DNA of 49,737 nucleotides, filler included, from Catajapyx aquilonaris (taxonomy: Eukaryota): NCBI GenBank assembly GCA_000934665.2. It is 3 parts of 3 records of this genome, joined end to end, with 100 filler letters (N's around TTAATTAATTAA, not from the genome) between each part and the next. Parts side by side here need not be neighbours in the genome. Positions count along the whole stretch, not along the records: positions 1 to 16,514 come from JYFJ02007177.1; positions 16,615 to 33,128 come from KZ539654.1; 1 more part is not named here. One strand, given 5' to 3'. The notes beneath the pieces were generated by a model that was not told the DNA's origin, did no database searches, and was given only the letters and a program-made list of their open reading frames with translations. The translations under genes were made by a program, and so were the position numbers. Shown here one piece after another: positions 12,601 to 22,521 of the stretch; positions within the stretch are counted from its first letter, which is position 1, and the number at the start of each line of letters is the position of its first letter.

Positions 12601-15600
12601 TTGATTAATGTGTGAAGATATGATCTCAGCACAAATCTGACAGCATATTTGGAATCGGAAGGTTTCTGTGCATAAGTACAAATATTTTCAACTTTCTACA
12701 CCAATTAGTTAACACACAATAAAATATTTTGAAAAACAAGTCGTGCCTTCACAACTCTGCCGTAGCCATTTTCACCCTCATTTGCCTGGCCATAGCTCAA
12801 GAACTATAAGAGCTAGGAGGCTAAAATTTTCAGGAAATTAGTTTCTCAGTACACAGATTGCCCAGTTAAAATCTCAAGAAAATCTGAGATGGTGGGTGAC
12901 ATGGCTGGATGAACTGACATGGAATGACCCTCTCCTATCCCAAAGACCTGTCCAACTTGGGCGGCCCTACCAGTAGACGAAACTACCGCCGGCATAGCTC
13001 TTCAGGATCATGGGAAACCGAAAGCCCACCACCACGGCAAGGTGGAGATACATTGGGGGGAGGGGGAATAAAAAAATTTGGATAAAAAAATTGGGGGAAG
13101 TGCAAAATTAGAAACCATTTACAGGCCTGTTTCTATGGTAATCACCAACAAAATTATGTTGCCACAGGCAAACAAATGTTATTATTTTGCCTTACATCCG
13201 TAGATTATCAAAATATGTTATTTATTTATTAATTTATAGCAGCAAACCTGTGTGTAGTGTCTGGTACATATGTTGAACTTGGTGTCAGTCAACGTACACA
13301 GAAGTGATCGAAAGCAGAGGGATAATTGGACAGTGTTATGCAATAATGGGTCAACCCACAAAAATGTCAAAATTGAGCCAAGCCCAGGAACATACACCTA
13401 AAGCAGAGGTTCTTAGCCTTTTAGGGCCTCCGTACCCCTTTGTAGGCAATATATTGGTCCTTGTCGCACCCCCTTTACCAGGGGTGATTGATTAAGTTCA
13501 TAGTTAGGCCAGTTATTATAGCTCTTGGTTAGTTTAAGTCCAGAGGTGCACCTTGCTCGCACCCCCTGGAGGTGCGGGCACCCCAGGCTAAGAACCGCTG
13601 ACCTAAAGGATTCTACTTAATTCAGTTAAAAATCACGCTGGTGAAATCTGCATACTTCTGCCACAAATGACCGAAAAGAACACTGAATTAATTTCACAGG
13701 TATGACCTTCAAAGCCCTTTTACTCAAAACTGTTCTCGTGTGTGTTGACACATTATTGCATAACACCGTCCAATTATCAAAATAATACAGTAGGTACCCG
13801 TTTTACACCCCTCCATTTTACGCCGTTCTACATTAACGCCGGTTTGAAAATGACATCATAAAATTTTTAAATTGAAAAATTGTGATAACGTGGAAATTAT
13901 GATAGCTTGCTGGTTGTGAAGTGGCCAAGAAAGATTTCCCACGCGGGAAGTCCCATTTTACGCAGCTCCATTTTACGCCGTTTTGCATTAACCCCGGTTT
14001 TAAAATTACATTCGAAAATTTTGTATCAGAATTTAAAAAATATATATTTGATGACAACACAATCTGAACATGAAGGCATCACTCCAACACTTCTGAGACC
14101 AAACACACGAACGTATCTACCTGCTCTTCTTTCCTCTGTGTTTCCTGGTGCCTTGTGGCAGGTTCTATCGATATGTACTGTACAGTACAACTGTATTGTT
14201 CGGTATTGCTGATCTCGGCACTCCCCGAAGTACTTCAACCATTGTTACAATACCCTACTTGTACTGCAATTATATTAGGGGCGACACGGTGGCCGAGTGG
14301 TTAGCGCCGCAGCCTTCCACCTCTAAGGTCCCGAGTACGATCCCCGGGTCGGACGGAGGATACTTATGTGGATAGAGTTTCGATGGGTTCTCTCCGTGTT
14401 CGCGTGGGTTTTCTCGGGGTTCTCCCGTTTCCTCCCGCAATCAAAATCCATCACATTACAGGCAAATGATTAAAGTCGGATATTCAAAAGATGATCCCCT
14501 AAGAGGCCCAAGGGGCCTATCACGGGGTATCCATTATTATTATTATTATTATTACTGCAATTATATTATTCTTGCCAACCTGCCCGTTGTTCTATTGTTT
14601 TCATTGTTGAATATGCAATGTTGATTATTGTAGAACATGAGTGAGAGAGGCAGATCCTTCCTTTGGGCTTGTTGACAGCGAGGGTTGCTAGGCAATTTCG
14701 AAATCTGCTTAAAACCGCCCTTAGACTCAAAAAAGTGCGGGTTTGGCACTTTCTCGGGGTCAGTGATAGGTAAGACATGGCTGTGAGAAATTTGAGGGCT
14801 CTCCGTACCTGGGAAGTGGCTTAATTAGGCGTGATAAATAAATAAATGAATATATGTACAAACTTTCTCCTTTATATTAATAGGGATTAAAATGTGATTA
14901 CATTGTGTATTTAGACCTCAGTGCAATGTGCTACGATAAAAAATTTCAATTGAATGAATGTGAAATGGCTTTTTAAATCCCTGCACTCAAAAATGCACAG
15001 AAAATTCCACATTTGCAAGCCGTGATAAACATTTTTAAATTTCGTGGTGGATTTTTTGTAATTAATTTTAATGCTGTCTTCAGGTTTGTGTGGCCCCTCA
15101 GGTTCATTATTAAAATTAATGTCCTGCTACGTAACAAATTAATGTAGTGACAGCAATTATTACCAGACCCCACAGAAATTCACTGTCCAAAGTTAAGTGT
15201 GATCATATTTTTTTCAGTTGGTAACTGTCAAATTAACTTTAACTTTGGTGCCATTCTAGCTCCATTGTTACTCTTCATAATTATCCATTCTAAAGTCCAG
15301 ATAATCTTAACGGAGATTATTCATCACATTTTGTTTTCTACCCCACCCCTCCACTTTTTTGGGGCGCGCGTAAACTATGGGATTTGGGTAAGGTATAAAT
15401 TGTAATTTCTTTTTAAATCTCTCTTTGCAGTTGCCAACATATTAAGGAGCTAAAGCTCAAGAAGTGCCACATATACCAGGCGACTCGCCATGTCTTAGAT
15501 GCTTTTGCCTGCAGTTCAAAGCTTGAGAAGCTTTCTTTGGAGTATGATGACCACACCATCTGTCCTGTTGTCCTGGATGGTTCCCTCGCAAGGGATTGGT

Positions 15601-16169
15601 CTCAGCTGAGAGAAGTTCAGCTGAATCCTTTATCTGCCACCCCTGATGTGGAGTTGGAGGAGTTGTGCAGACATGCTCCAACGCTGCAGACACTTGTTAT
15701 GAGTCACTGCGTTCAAGCCGAAAGCCTCCGCCACCTCAACCAGTGCATTCTTCTAGAACACTTGACTGCACCAATGGTGCATGTAAGTGATCTGAAGGAT
15801 GCAGTGAGCAGTCTGCGAAACATCAGCCATCTGACCTTAGGGATATATTGGGGTGTCACAGAAGAATTTCTCTCTTTTTTCTCTGTGCAGGAAGTGGTTC
15901 AGAAAATTGAGAGCCTTGAAATATGTGGTACTCATTGTTACCTAGATGATAGATGCCTCTCAGCAGTGGGGAAAAACTGTCCTCAACTGACCCGAATTTG
16001 CATCAAGAGGGTTTTGTGCGAAATGTCTGGTCTAGTGGATCTTCTCAACCGATGTGGCAAACTGAAATCATTGGAATTGTGTTCGTCTTTTTGTGTAGGG
16101 ATGTTCTGGAATGATCTTACAAAATTTTTACGTATTCCCTTCCCAGAATTAATTATTATCGAAAAATAG
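3623..16169 (+). CDS. F-box/leucine-rich-repeat (FBXL-type) protein; two visible coding exons 3623-3972 and 15431-16169; start-codon exon not identified
   Basis: Exon A follows ttatttcAG and reads AIPQLPRELLILVFTYLQQRDLLLSAGPVCKSWNELVRHPSVWRKV, a classic F-box. It ends at AG|gtgagt in phase 2. Exon B follows ctctttgcAG in matching phase (S-CQHIKELKLKKC...) and runs into ORF 15537-16169 with Cys-containing LRRs (LDDRCLSAVGKNCPQLTRICI, LLNRCGKLKSLEL). The join gives 362 aa with no stop. The inferred intron is 3973-15430 (11,458 bp). Confidence 0.8.
4190..5585 (+). mobile_element. Degenerate, internally deleted mariner transposon
   Basis: Imperfect TIRs (ctgttcaaaaaaacaccgaacttt / aaagttcgttttttttaacag). 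Broken frames give mariner transposase motifs ELKNQHICVKF, SPRPKEAQISRSKVKVMLVVYLDWKG, WILCHGNAPAPTSLLV (cf. HHDNAPAH) and a YSPDLAP-like remnant near 5297-5318. Confidence 0.85.
4352..4852. mobile_element. piggyBac-type MITE nested in the mariner relic
   Basis: TTAA|ccctcagacggtgacgtg ... cacgtcaccgtccgaggg|TTAA: CCC/GGG termini and a TTAA duplication. Confidence 0.85.
6106..6673. mobile_element. pogo/Tigger-type MITE
   Basis: ta|cagtaaaacttctataagtc ... gacttatagaagttttactg|ta, with internal repeats of ttcga(c/g)tta. Confidence 0.85.
6991..7180. mobile_element. hAT (Charlie-like) MITE, copy 1
   Basis: caggggttcttaacct ... aggttaagaaccactg, flanked by 8-bp taacagca/taatagca (1 mismatch). 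Same family as 13404-13600. Confidence 0.8.
7200..8050. mobile_element. piggyBac-type non-autonomous element
   Basis: TTAA|ccctaataagacggg ... cccgtcttattaggg|TTAA: perfect 15-bp TIR and TTAA TSD. Confidence 0.85.
8880..9045 (-). mobile_element. Old, diverged copy of the V-domain-like SINE family
   Basis: gggaggaaatgggagaacccagagaaaaccca...aggacctcggaggtggaatgctgtgg is a degenerate reverse complement of the head and core of the SINE at 14278. Confidence 0.6.
9924..9952 (-). mobile_element. Helitron-type 3' terminus (hairpin + CTAG)
   Basis: The minus strand reads cccgt-gcgaaga-acggg (stem-loop), then taccgctg CTAG t, the standard Helitron end. The other end was not defined. Confidence 0.55.
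10208..12930. mobile_element. Foldback non-autonomous DNA transposon, Sola2-like, with transposase remnants
   Basis: Termini gggtcattccatgtcagttc / gaactgacatggaatgaccc with a 4-bp TSD TCTC. Arms ~10290-11000 and ~11420-12700 are near-perfect inverted copies. The centre (minus strand, frameshifted) reads VACVYDHHWYLGVV...VKF-HPHGPARSYYWPNPDDKCWV...PTTATGRQY. GRG termini plus a 4-bp TSD fit Sola2, but the superfamily call is from memory. Confidence 0.7.
11806..12367. mobile_element. Palindromic Tc1/mariner-type MITE inserted in the right arm of the foldback element
   Basis: ta|cagggtgtaaatgaattcaatcg ... cgattgaattcatttacaccctg|ta. The matching empty site (gattgctatataattactccag) is present in the left arm at ~10609-10630. 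Confidence 0.9.
12931..13048 (-). mobile_element. 5' UTR fragment of an RTE-like retroelement, split by the foldback element (continues left of 10208)
   Basis: The minus strand reads ccaccttgccgtggtggtgggc...atgatcctgaagagctatgccggcgg...tagggccgcccaagttggacaggtc, which resembles the conserved RTE/BovB 5' end. It joins gagacagactactaagagag across the TCTC TSD. A related copy is at ~48395-48492. Confidence 0.6.
13404..13600. mobile_element. hAT (Charlie-like) MITE, copy 2
   Basis: cagaggttcttagcct ... aggctaagaaccgctg with a perfect 8-bp TSD ACCTAAAG. Confidence 0.85.
14278..14552 (+). mobile_element. tRNA-derived SINE with V-domain-like core, copy 1
   Basis: A-box tggccgagtgg, B-box-like gagtacgatcc, core gttctctccgtgttcgcgtgggttttctcggggttctcccgtttcctccc, (TTA)n tail, ~16-bp TSD tactgcaattatatta. 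Confidence 0.9.
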
Positions 16170-16514
16170 CTCTGAGGAAAGGGTCTGGTTTGAATCTGGA
16201 AGAAACTGCTTCCTCTGTTGTAGTTGTAGGTTTTTTTTGCATTGTATAGGCTACATGTTTCTGTATGAAGGAATACATGTAAAAAGTTGATCACATAAGT
16301 GATCACTGTAATTTTTAACTTATTCACACCCTCACACAGTGAAATGAGTCAAATGTGACTGATAGTTCTGTGTATGAGGTTGTTACTTTTATGATGGTGT
16401 CTTTCCAATCTTGTGTGACCGGAGTGATTCTGGCTGCAACTTCCAGCTGCAATACCCTAGAACGGCAGGGGTACCAACTTAGCCATTCACGCGTAATAAT
16501 TACGCAATTATTTC

Positions 16515-16613
16515 NNNNNNNNNNNNNNNNNNNNNNNNNNNNNNNNNNNNNNNNNNNNTTAATTAATTAANNNNNNNNNNNNNNNNNNNNNNNNNNNNNN
16601 NNNNNNNNNNNNN
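16515..16613. other. Assembly gap with artificial TTAATTAATTAA linker
   Basis: N-run / ttaattaattaa / N-run. An identical structure is at 33129-33228. Confidence 0.9.
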
Positions 16614-16619
16614 NCCCCC

Positions 16620-17215
16620 CCCCCCGACCACCGTCAGCATGGTCTGAGACTTGACATTGGAGATATGTTTGGTTATCCTCTTGAACCCGATGTACATATT
16701 TGGATGTAGCCCTGACTCGGTCAGGGAACTTTGGATGCCTCTTAGAATGAGTGAATTGGAAACTGCAAAGGTCCGGCCTGAATTTAAGTCTTCGTCTGTT
16801 ATATTCCGTTATGTCTTCATCGCTAGCTTTAACTTGAGTGCGATCAAAGTTGATTAGATGAATTCCATCCAATTTTTTGACTCGAGACAAGGCCACACAC
16901 GCTTGACCACAACAGAAAAGTAGTGACGACCCAAAGTCCATAATATACACTGTCTATAAGCTCAATGCTCAAACCCTGCGCTGGCTCTTACGAATCGTGA
17001 TGCCGTCAGCTGTTGTTAAGGGTAATTGTTTCCTATGGATGAATGCGTTTGTCATAATTTGAAATATTTCCTCTTGATCGGTATTAACCGGTATTAACTC
17101 TTGTCCGATTGAAAATTAAATTCTTACGGATTTAACTTTTTGTGGCTAATCGGGGTGGTATGGAACACTGTGTACAGACCCAACTGCCCGTTAACCAAGC
17201 CAAGAGTTTGATTTG
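16620..17215 (-). mobile_element. Degenerate PIF1-family helicase C-terminal fragment, probably Helitron/Helentron Rep-Hel
   Basis: ORF 16567-16950 has GQACVALSRVKKLDGIHLINFD (cf. PIF1 GQAYVALSRV). Upstream broken frames give LGLVNGQLG and QLPLTTADGITIRKSQ (cf. QFPL.LA.A.TIHKSQG). There are no introns and there are frameshifts. Confidence 0.8.
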
Positions 17216-18003
17216 GAACAGAGAGTGAGAGAAAGACACGTCTAGCCTCTAATTCTCTTTGCAACAATGTCAATACATTGGTACTATGGAGACCCCATAT
17301 ATCATGTATTGTTCCTTTTTTTTAAATTATTTTTGTGTTTGAATGGCGGGAGTCTGCACCCAAGATGGGCGATTTACAGTTTTAGACTTTTCCTGGTGGT
17401 TTCAGATGAGGACCAATTTTTGTACAAAATTTGGGGTCTGTATACGATAACTGGAACTGGTCAATACCACCCCCCAACCCACCACAAATCCGGGATCCGG
17501 GCGGACGGGGGAGAAAGGTGTATTCTCAGGAGCCCCCTCAAAACGCAACTCCTCGGGACGAGTATATATCGAAAATCCGAGAACTTTTCGATCACACCTC
17601 GTACTTTATCACTGCATGACATCAAAACCATTTGCTGCCTTTCCTTGAAGTGAGAGACTAAATTAAGTCATTAACTAATTATTGAAGAATTATTTTTTCC
17701 CTCAACCTCTTCGCGGAGCACTTGGAGAAGGTTTGTAGATCACAGTTTGGGAACCTCTGCAATAAGTCATAGCCACCTCACAATGCGTGACTTCATTTTT
17801 GGATAATGAATCTTCCGGCGTGGAATTACTCTATGGCAAAATGGCTACCTCTTTTGTGGCAGTCACTGTTGTCATCCCTGCCGAACGCGTATGAGGGCAG
17901 GGAAATGAGTAGCACAGGAAAACTACTTATTTCTATACTATAGGCTGCAGTTCTACTAGTCAAAGAGTCTTGTACATTGCTTGATTGCTATGCAACACTT
18001 CAC

Positions 18004-18565
18004 ATTGTTGTCTTTGTTGTTGGTTGAAATCTGAATTTTTTTCTTGTTATAATGGCCACCATCCTGGACAAGGATGACCTACTTGAAATATTGGAATTTT
18101 CCCGGAGGTTTGAAAGCAGGGCCTATTTTTTGTGGCAAATTTGGAGCTTCCAGCATACCTGGGAGTACCCGAACATTTCGGTCTTTCATTGCTCATTGTC
18201 TGTTCATTGTTTCTGGATGAAATCTGAATTTTTTTCTTGTTATAATGGCCACCATCCTGGACCAGGATGACCTACTTGAAATATTGGAATTTTCCCGGAG
18301 GTTTGAAAGCAGGGCCTATTTTTTGTGCCAAATTTGGTGCTTCCAGCATACCTGGGAGTACCCGAACATTTCGGTCTTTCATTGCTCATTGTCTGTTCTT
18401 TGTTGTTGGTTGAAATCTGAATTTTTTTCTTGTTATAATGACCACCATCCTGGACCAGGATGACCTACTTGAAATATTGGAATTTTCCCGGAGGTTTGAA
18501 AGCAGGACCTATTTTTGTGTCAAGTTTGGTGCTTCTAGCATAGCCGGAAGTACCAGAACATTTGC
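18004..18565. repeat. Tandem repeat, 193-bp unit, ~2.9 copies
   Basis: tgaaatctgaatttttttcttgttataatg(g/a)ccaccatcctggac recurs. Homologous ATGs at 18052, 18245 and 18438 are exactly 193 bp apart. Confidence 0.9.
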
Positions 18566-19918
18566 GTCCCAAATCCTATATTGTTATACCCAGGAAAATA
18601 GCCTTGTTTGGGCCCTTATAAACCGGAGACCGTCTGTCCAAATTTCACGATTTTTTTTTAATGAGGTCCGTCCCGCTGTAAGACCAGGCCATGCAAATCT
18701 CAGACCTCCAGCCTTACCCAGTCCCGAGTTACAAGGGGCTCGTGTGTAGAGTAACTAGGGGGTCCGTGTAAAGGTAGGGCAGTGCAGGTGGAGGGTGGAG
18801 GGAGGGTGTGAGGGTGTGAGGAGGGCGGAGGGAGGGTGGGAGGAGACTTGGCGGATGCACTGCCGTGCTACCCAATATGTGAAGAAAAAAAAAATCTGCT
18901 CTTTAAACTGGCACACACCTTCTGTCATTACAACTAGTACTTTGTAAGTTATGAATTTTTCTTTTATTATAGCTCTAAGCAGAACACCCTGTATGACCAT
19001 CTCATAGATGGTTAAAATAGGCATCCAACACACTCATCAAGTTTAGTATTTGTAGGCTACTTATCCTCTTGGAGTTACGGTAATCCAAGTGACTCCATGA
19101 GAAGCGAAAATGTGTATAAATTGGTAGCTTCTGCACCGTGTAGTACGAAACCAAGCAACACAGAGGTATAATAATTTGGCTTCCTGCATGAGTCGATGAA
19201 TAGTATACCTGTCATTAAAATTTGGTCAATGTCCTCAAGGATTTGTTGGAAGCATGGCCCACTTGACTTGGAATGCCTCATACACAAGGGATTGATTACT
19301 ACATTTTCAAGCATATACATTACTTGAGAGCCCCTTGAGTGTAGAATACCTACAGTACTGTTACTTCCTAAGAAAAATATATCTTACCTGCTTCCTGTAT
19401 GGGTGATTCTTCCAACTTGTTCAGGGTTCAGACATCCCTGATCATAGAGCTCTTGCAAGTGATGCCACACCTCAAACACCTCTACCTGGTTGTACCAGGA
19501 TGGGCTGTCCTTGTCCTGCTCGTTCTCCCCTTTGACACCACAGAAAACCAAGGCCACTTTCTTAGTGGGGAAGATATCTAGCTTCCTCAGGTGGACCCAC
19601 TTCTCAGATCTGCCTTTGCTATCAGTTCATCGTGGTAAAACATCCGCGAGGGAAGTTTCGGAAGGAGGGGATCCAATCTAAACATGTGAAATAAATAAGA
19701 AGGCAGAGAAAGGAGTGAAAAAAATTATTTAAGCAGCAAATGACTAATGAAACATCAACAAGAACATGCATTGTTGAATGAGAGTCACAGGTTCTTTTGC
19801 CACGGCTGAATTTATCCCATTTGCAAGCACTGTACATGTTCCTTTAAAGTAACGCATCATCCATACCTGTAATTGATGACCAGGTTTGTGACAAGTAATG
19901 GGTCATAGTATCCATCAT

Positions 19919-20197
19919 GGCTTGGTGGACTAGTGGTTAGCGCGCTCGCCTCTGGTCCCAAGGTTGTGGGTTCGAACCCGGCCGAGGTCGGTGACTTTTC
20001 TCCGGGTGGTAGAAAAGTGAGAGTGTGCCTTCCTTCGGAGGGGAAGTAAAGCTGTCTGTCCCGTGTGCTTGTGATATTGCGCGGGTGCACGTTAAAGATC
20101 CCCAGAGTGGCCAAATTTCCAGAAGGAGGACCACCCCCTGGTGTCGGTGTTGAGCCTTAGAGGCAGAAATAGGCCGACGTTAAGCCCCACTGAACCC
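19919..20197 (+). mobile_element. tRNA-derived SINE (Deu/Nin-domain-like core) inserted in a helicase coding exon
   Basis: A-box tggactagtgg, B-box ggttcgaaccc, core ccttcggaggggaagtaaagc...gcacgttaaagatccc. TSD agtatccatcat(gg) at 19907-19920 and 20198-20211. Removing it restores FSHDGYYDPLLVT. Confidence 0.88.
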
Positions 20198-20238
20198 AGT
20201 ATCCATCATGGGAAAATTTGACATCATCCCTCTGGTAC

Positions 20239-21133
20239 GGATCCGTCACACTTAGCCCGAAACAAACTCGCCCAATGCAAATTTGCCGAAGAAAATTCAC
20301 CCGACGTCAACTCGCCCGTCGAAAATTCGCCCGACGTACATAGTCGCCCGACGACACGACGACTCGCCCGACGACATGACAACTCGCCCGCCGTATGTAT
20401 TCGCCTGATACAACCTCGCCCGATGCTAACATGCCCGATGTAAACTAGCCCAATACAAACTGGCCCGATGCAAACTGGCCCGATTTACCGGTACACACTC
20501 GCCTGGGCTGGTTAATCGCAATTAAGTGTCGTGATGGTAATTAACGGCAAGGGGCACTCCTTGTCAACATATCGTACTGAGGGGATTTCCCAATTACTTA
20601 ATTCGTTCCCTGTTATCACTATAATTACATCGGGTTATATGGCTGGCTGTACAGACCTGAGAGCGCATGGGGGGGGGGGGGTGCCTTCGTGTAAAACCCT
20701 CCCCCAGTGGTTATTAATGGCAATTAAATTATNNNNNNNNNNNNNCCCCCCCCCCCCATGGACTCTCAGGTCTGTACAGCCAGCCATATGACCCGATGTA
20801 ATTATAGTGATAACAGGGAACTAATTAAGTAATTGGGAAATCCCCTTAGTACGATATGTTCACAAGGAGTGCCCCTTGCCGTTAATTACCATCACGACAC
20901 TTAATTGCGATTAGCCAGTCCAGGCGAGTGTGTACCGGTATATCGGGCGAGTTTGTATCGGGCTAGTTTACATCGGGCGTGTTAGCATCGGGCTAGTTTA
21001 CATCGGGCGTGTTAGCATTGGGCGTGTTAGCATCGGGCGATTACATACGGCGGGCGAGTTTGCGACGGGCGAGTTGTCGTTGGGCGACTATGTACGTCGG
21101 GCGAATTTGCATCGGGCGAAGTGGTATGATACC
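20239..21133. mobile_element. Mutator(MULE)-like foldback MITE inserted in a helicase coding exon
   Basis: 9-bp TSD CTCTGGTAC (20230-20238 and 21134-21142), GG...CC termini, long inverted arms, and many subterminal tcgcccga/tcgggcga repeats. Removing it restores LYQRDDVKF. Confidence 0.85.
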
Positions 21134-22259
21134 CTCTGGTACAGTTGGTTTTCAGCAGTAAGTCTCTCAAGGAGTGAGTGTTCCAGTCCATTGCTCATCT
21201 TGGCAGCATGGCTGGTGAGGACAGGCCCCAGCTGCTTCGGATCTCCTGCCAAGACAACCTGTGCTTCTCCATCACTGTTGGATAGCCAATGGGCACCAGT
21301 GCCTCAGGCTCATTGGCATACCCTGCTTCGTTTATGAACACGTGTAAAGTGGCCATTGGGAAGGCCCAAAGTGTAGATGGTCCCTGATGCATTGCAAGTA
21401 GTCACCACCAAGCAACGGCTCACCACCTGGTCCAAATGATCGCTGTTCATGCAGTATGGTTGGACCTCATCAGTCAAAGTGTCGGTTCCACACCGGACCG
21501 AGTTCAGGCAGACCATGTCAGGATACTGCAGGGATGCCCAAATTGATGTGAGTTAGAGGCTCATACCTTAGTGAATGCCTGCTATACCAGTATACTGATA
21601 CATTCCTATACACGAAAATAAATATTCTTATACAGGGTGATGAGAAAGGCGCGCACATCTTCTTGGATAGTGGTTCCATGGGATATTCTAAGACAAAATT
21701 ATACTCATTGATTTTGCAGATTAGGGCTCCATGACAGAAATAATAACTCTTGAAATCTCACATATGACTGATGGTGTGTACTGTCTTGAATTCTTGGGCA
21801 GGGTAAGGACTAGAAATGGAACAGCCAAAGCCCAATAAAGTCATCAGATTTCCAGTGAAGGTCTTTACAGGAATGTTTTTAAACCCATCAGTACAACCCA
21901 CGAGATCGTTCTCAACATTTCCTTACCCTTTCCCTTCTGCCAAAGAATTCAACCCAGTCCACACCAGCAGTGCCGCCATGGAATTTCAAATGCAATTATC
22001 TATGATTCTATGTCATGGACCCAAAATCTACTAGGATGATTGTGCCGTAGAATATCCCAAGAAACCCAGATTAATGAGAAAGTAACCACTTTTTGCAGAA
22101 CCCTGCTTAAGTTTGCAAAACTCATAAAGGCCCATGTCTGTAAAAATCTTACCTTTACGACCCCACTTCGGTGGAGGTGGCCAACTATCAGGTCAGCCGA
22201 GCTGTCAGTTGGTGTTACCACCAGAATCCTGTGTGAGAAAATATATATCAAAGTAACTA

Positions 22260-22521
22260 GGGCGACACGGTGGCCGAGTGGTTAGCACCGCAGCCTTCCA
22301 TCTCTAAGGTCCCGAGTTCGATCCCCGGGTCAGACGGAGGATACTTATGTGGATAGAGTTTTGATGGGTTCTCTCCGTGTTCGCGTGGGTTTTCTCGGGG
22401 TTCTCCCGTTTCCTCCCACTATCAAAATCCATCACATTACAGGCAAATGATTAAAGTCGGTCTATTAAAAAATGATCCCCTAAGAGGCCCAAGGGGCCTA
22501 TCACGGGGTATCCATTATTAT
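22260..22521 (+). mobile_element. tRNA-derived SINE with V-domain-like core, copy 2 (intronic)
   Basis: Near-identical to 14278-14552. TSD tatatcaaagtaacta. Sits ~30 bp from the 22228 splice acceptor of the helicase gene. Confidence 0.9.

Larger units (their letters stand above)
9495..15393. repeat. Pair of ~330-bp inverted repeats (about 9495-9826 and 15052-15393) enclosing ~5.2 kb of nested elements
   Basis: ccatagtttacgcgcgccccaaaaaagtggaggggtggggtagaaaacaaaatgtg at ~9503 is the reverse complement of 15326-15380. Similarity continues through ...cctgaggggccacacaaacc...aattaattacaaaaaa. Confidence 0.85.

Noticed and set aside
16559..16570. TTAATTAATTAA palindrome between N-runs (also 33173-33184)
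   Set aside because: Identical in both gaps and gives stops in all six frames, so it is an assembly or scaffolding linker.
18004..18565. 193-bp repeats as a CRISPR-like array or three small genes (MATILD... ORFs)
   Set aside because: The units are contiguous with no unique spacers, and 193 is not a multiple of 3. The ORFs are by-products of the repeat.
19075..19320. ORF 19075-19320 as the next helicase exon
   Set aside because: It lacks the expected VGSVEEFQGQE motif. Only LLMESLGLP is vaguely compatible, which is too weak to call.
20930..21130. Repetitive peptide (IGRV/IGLV)n in ORF 20930-21337
   Set aside because: It is the translation of the subterminal tcgggcg repeats of the MULE-like MITE.
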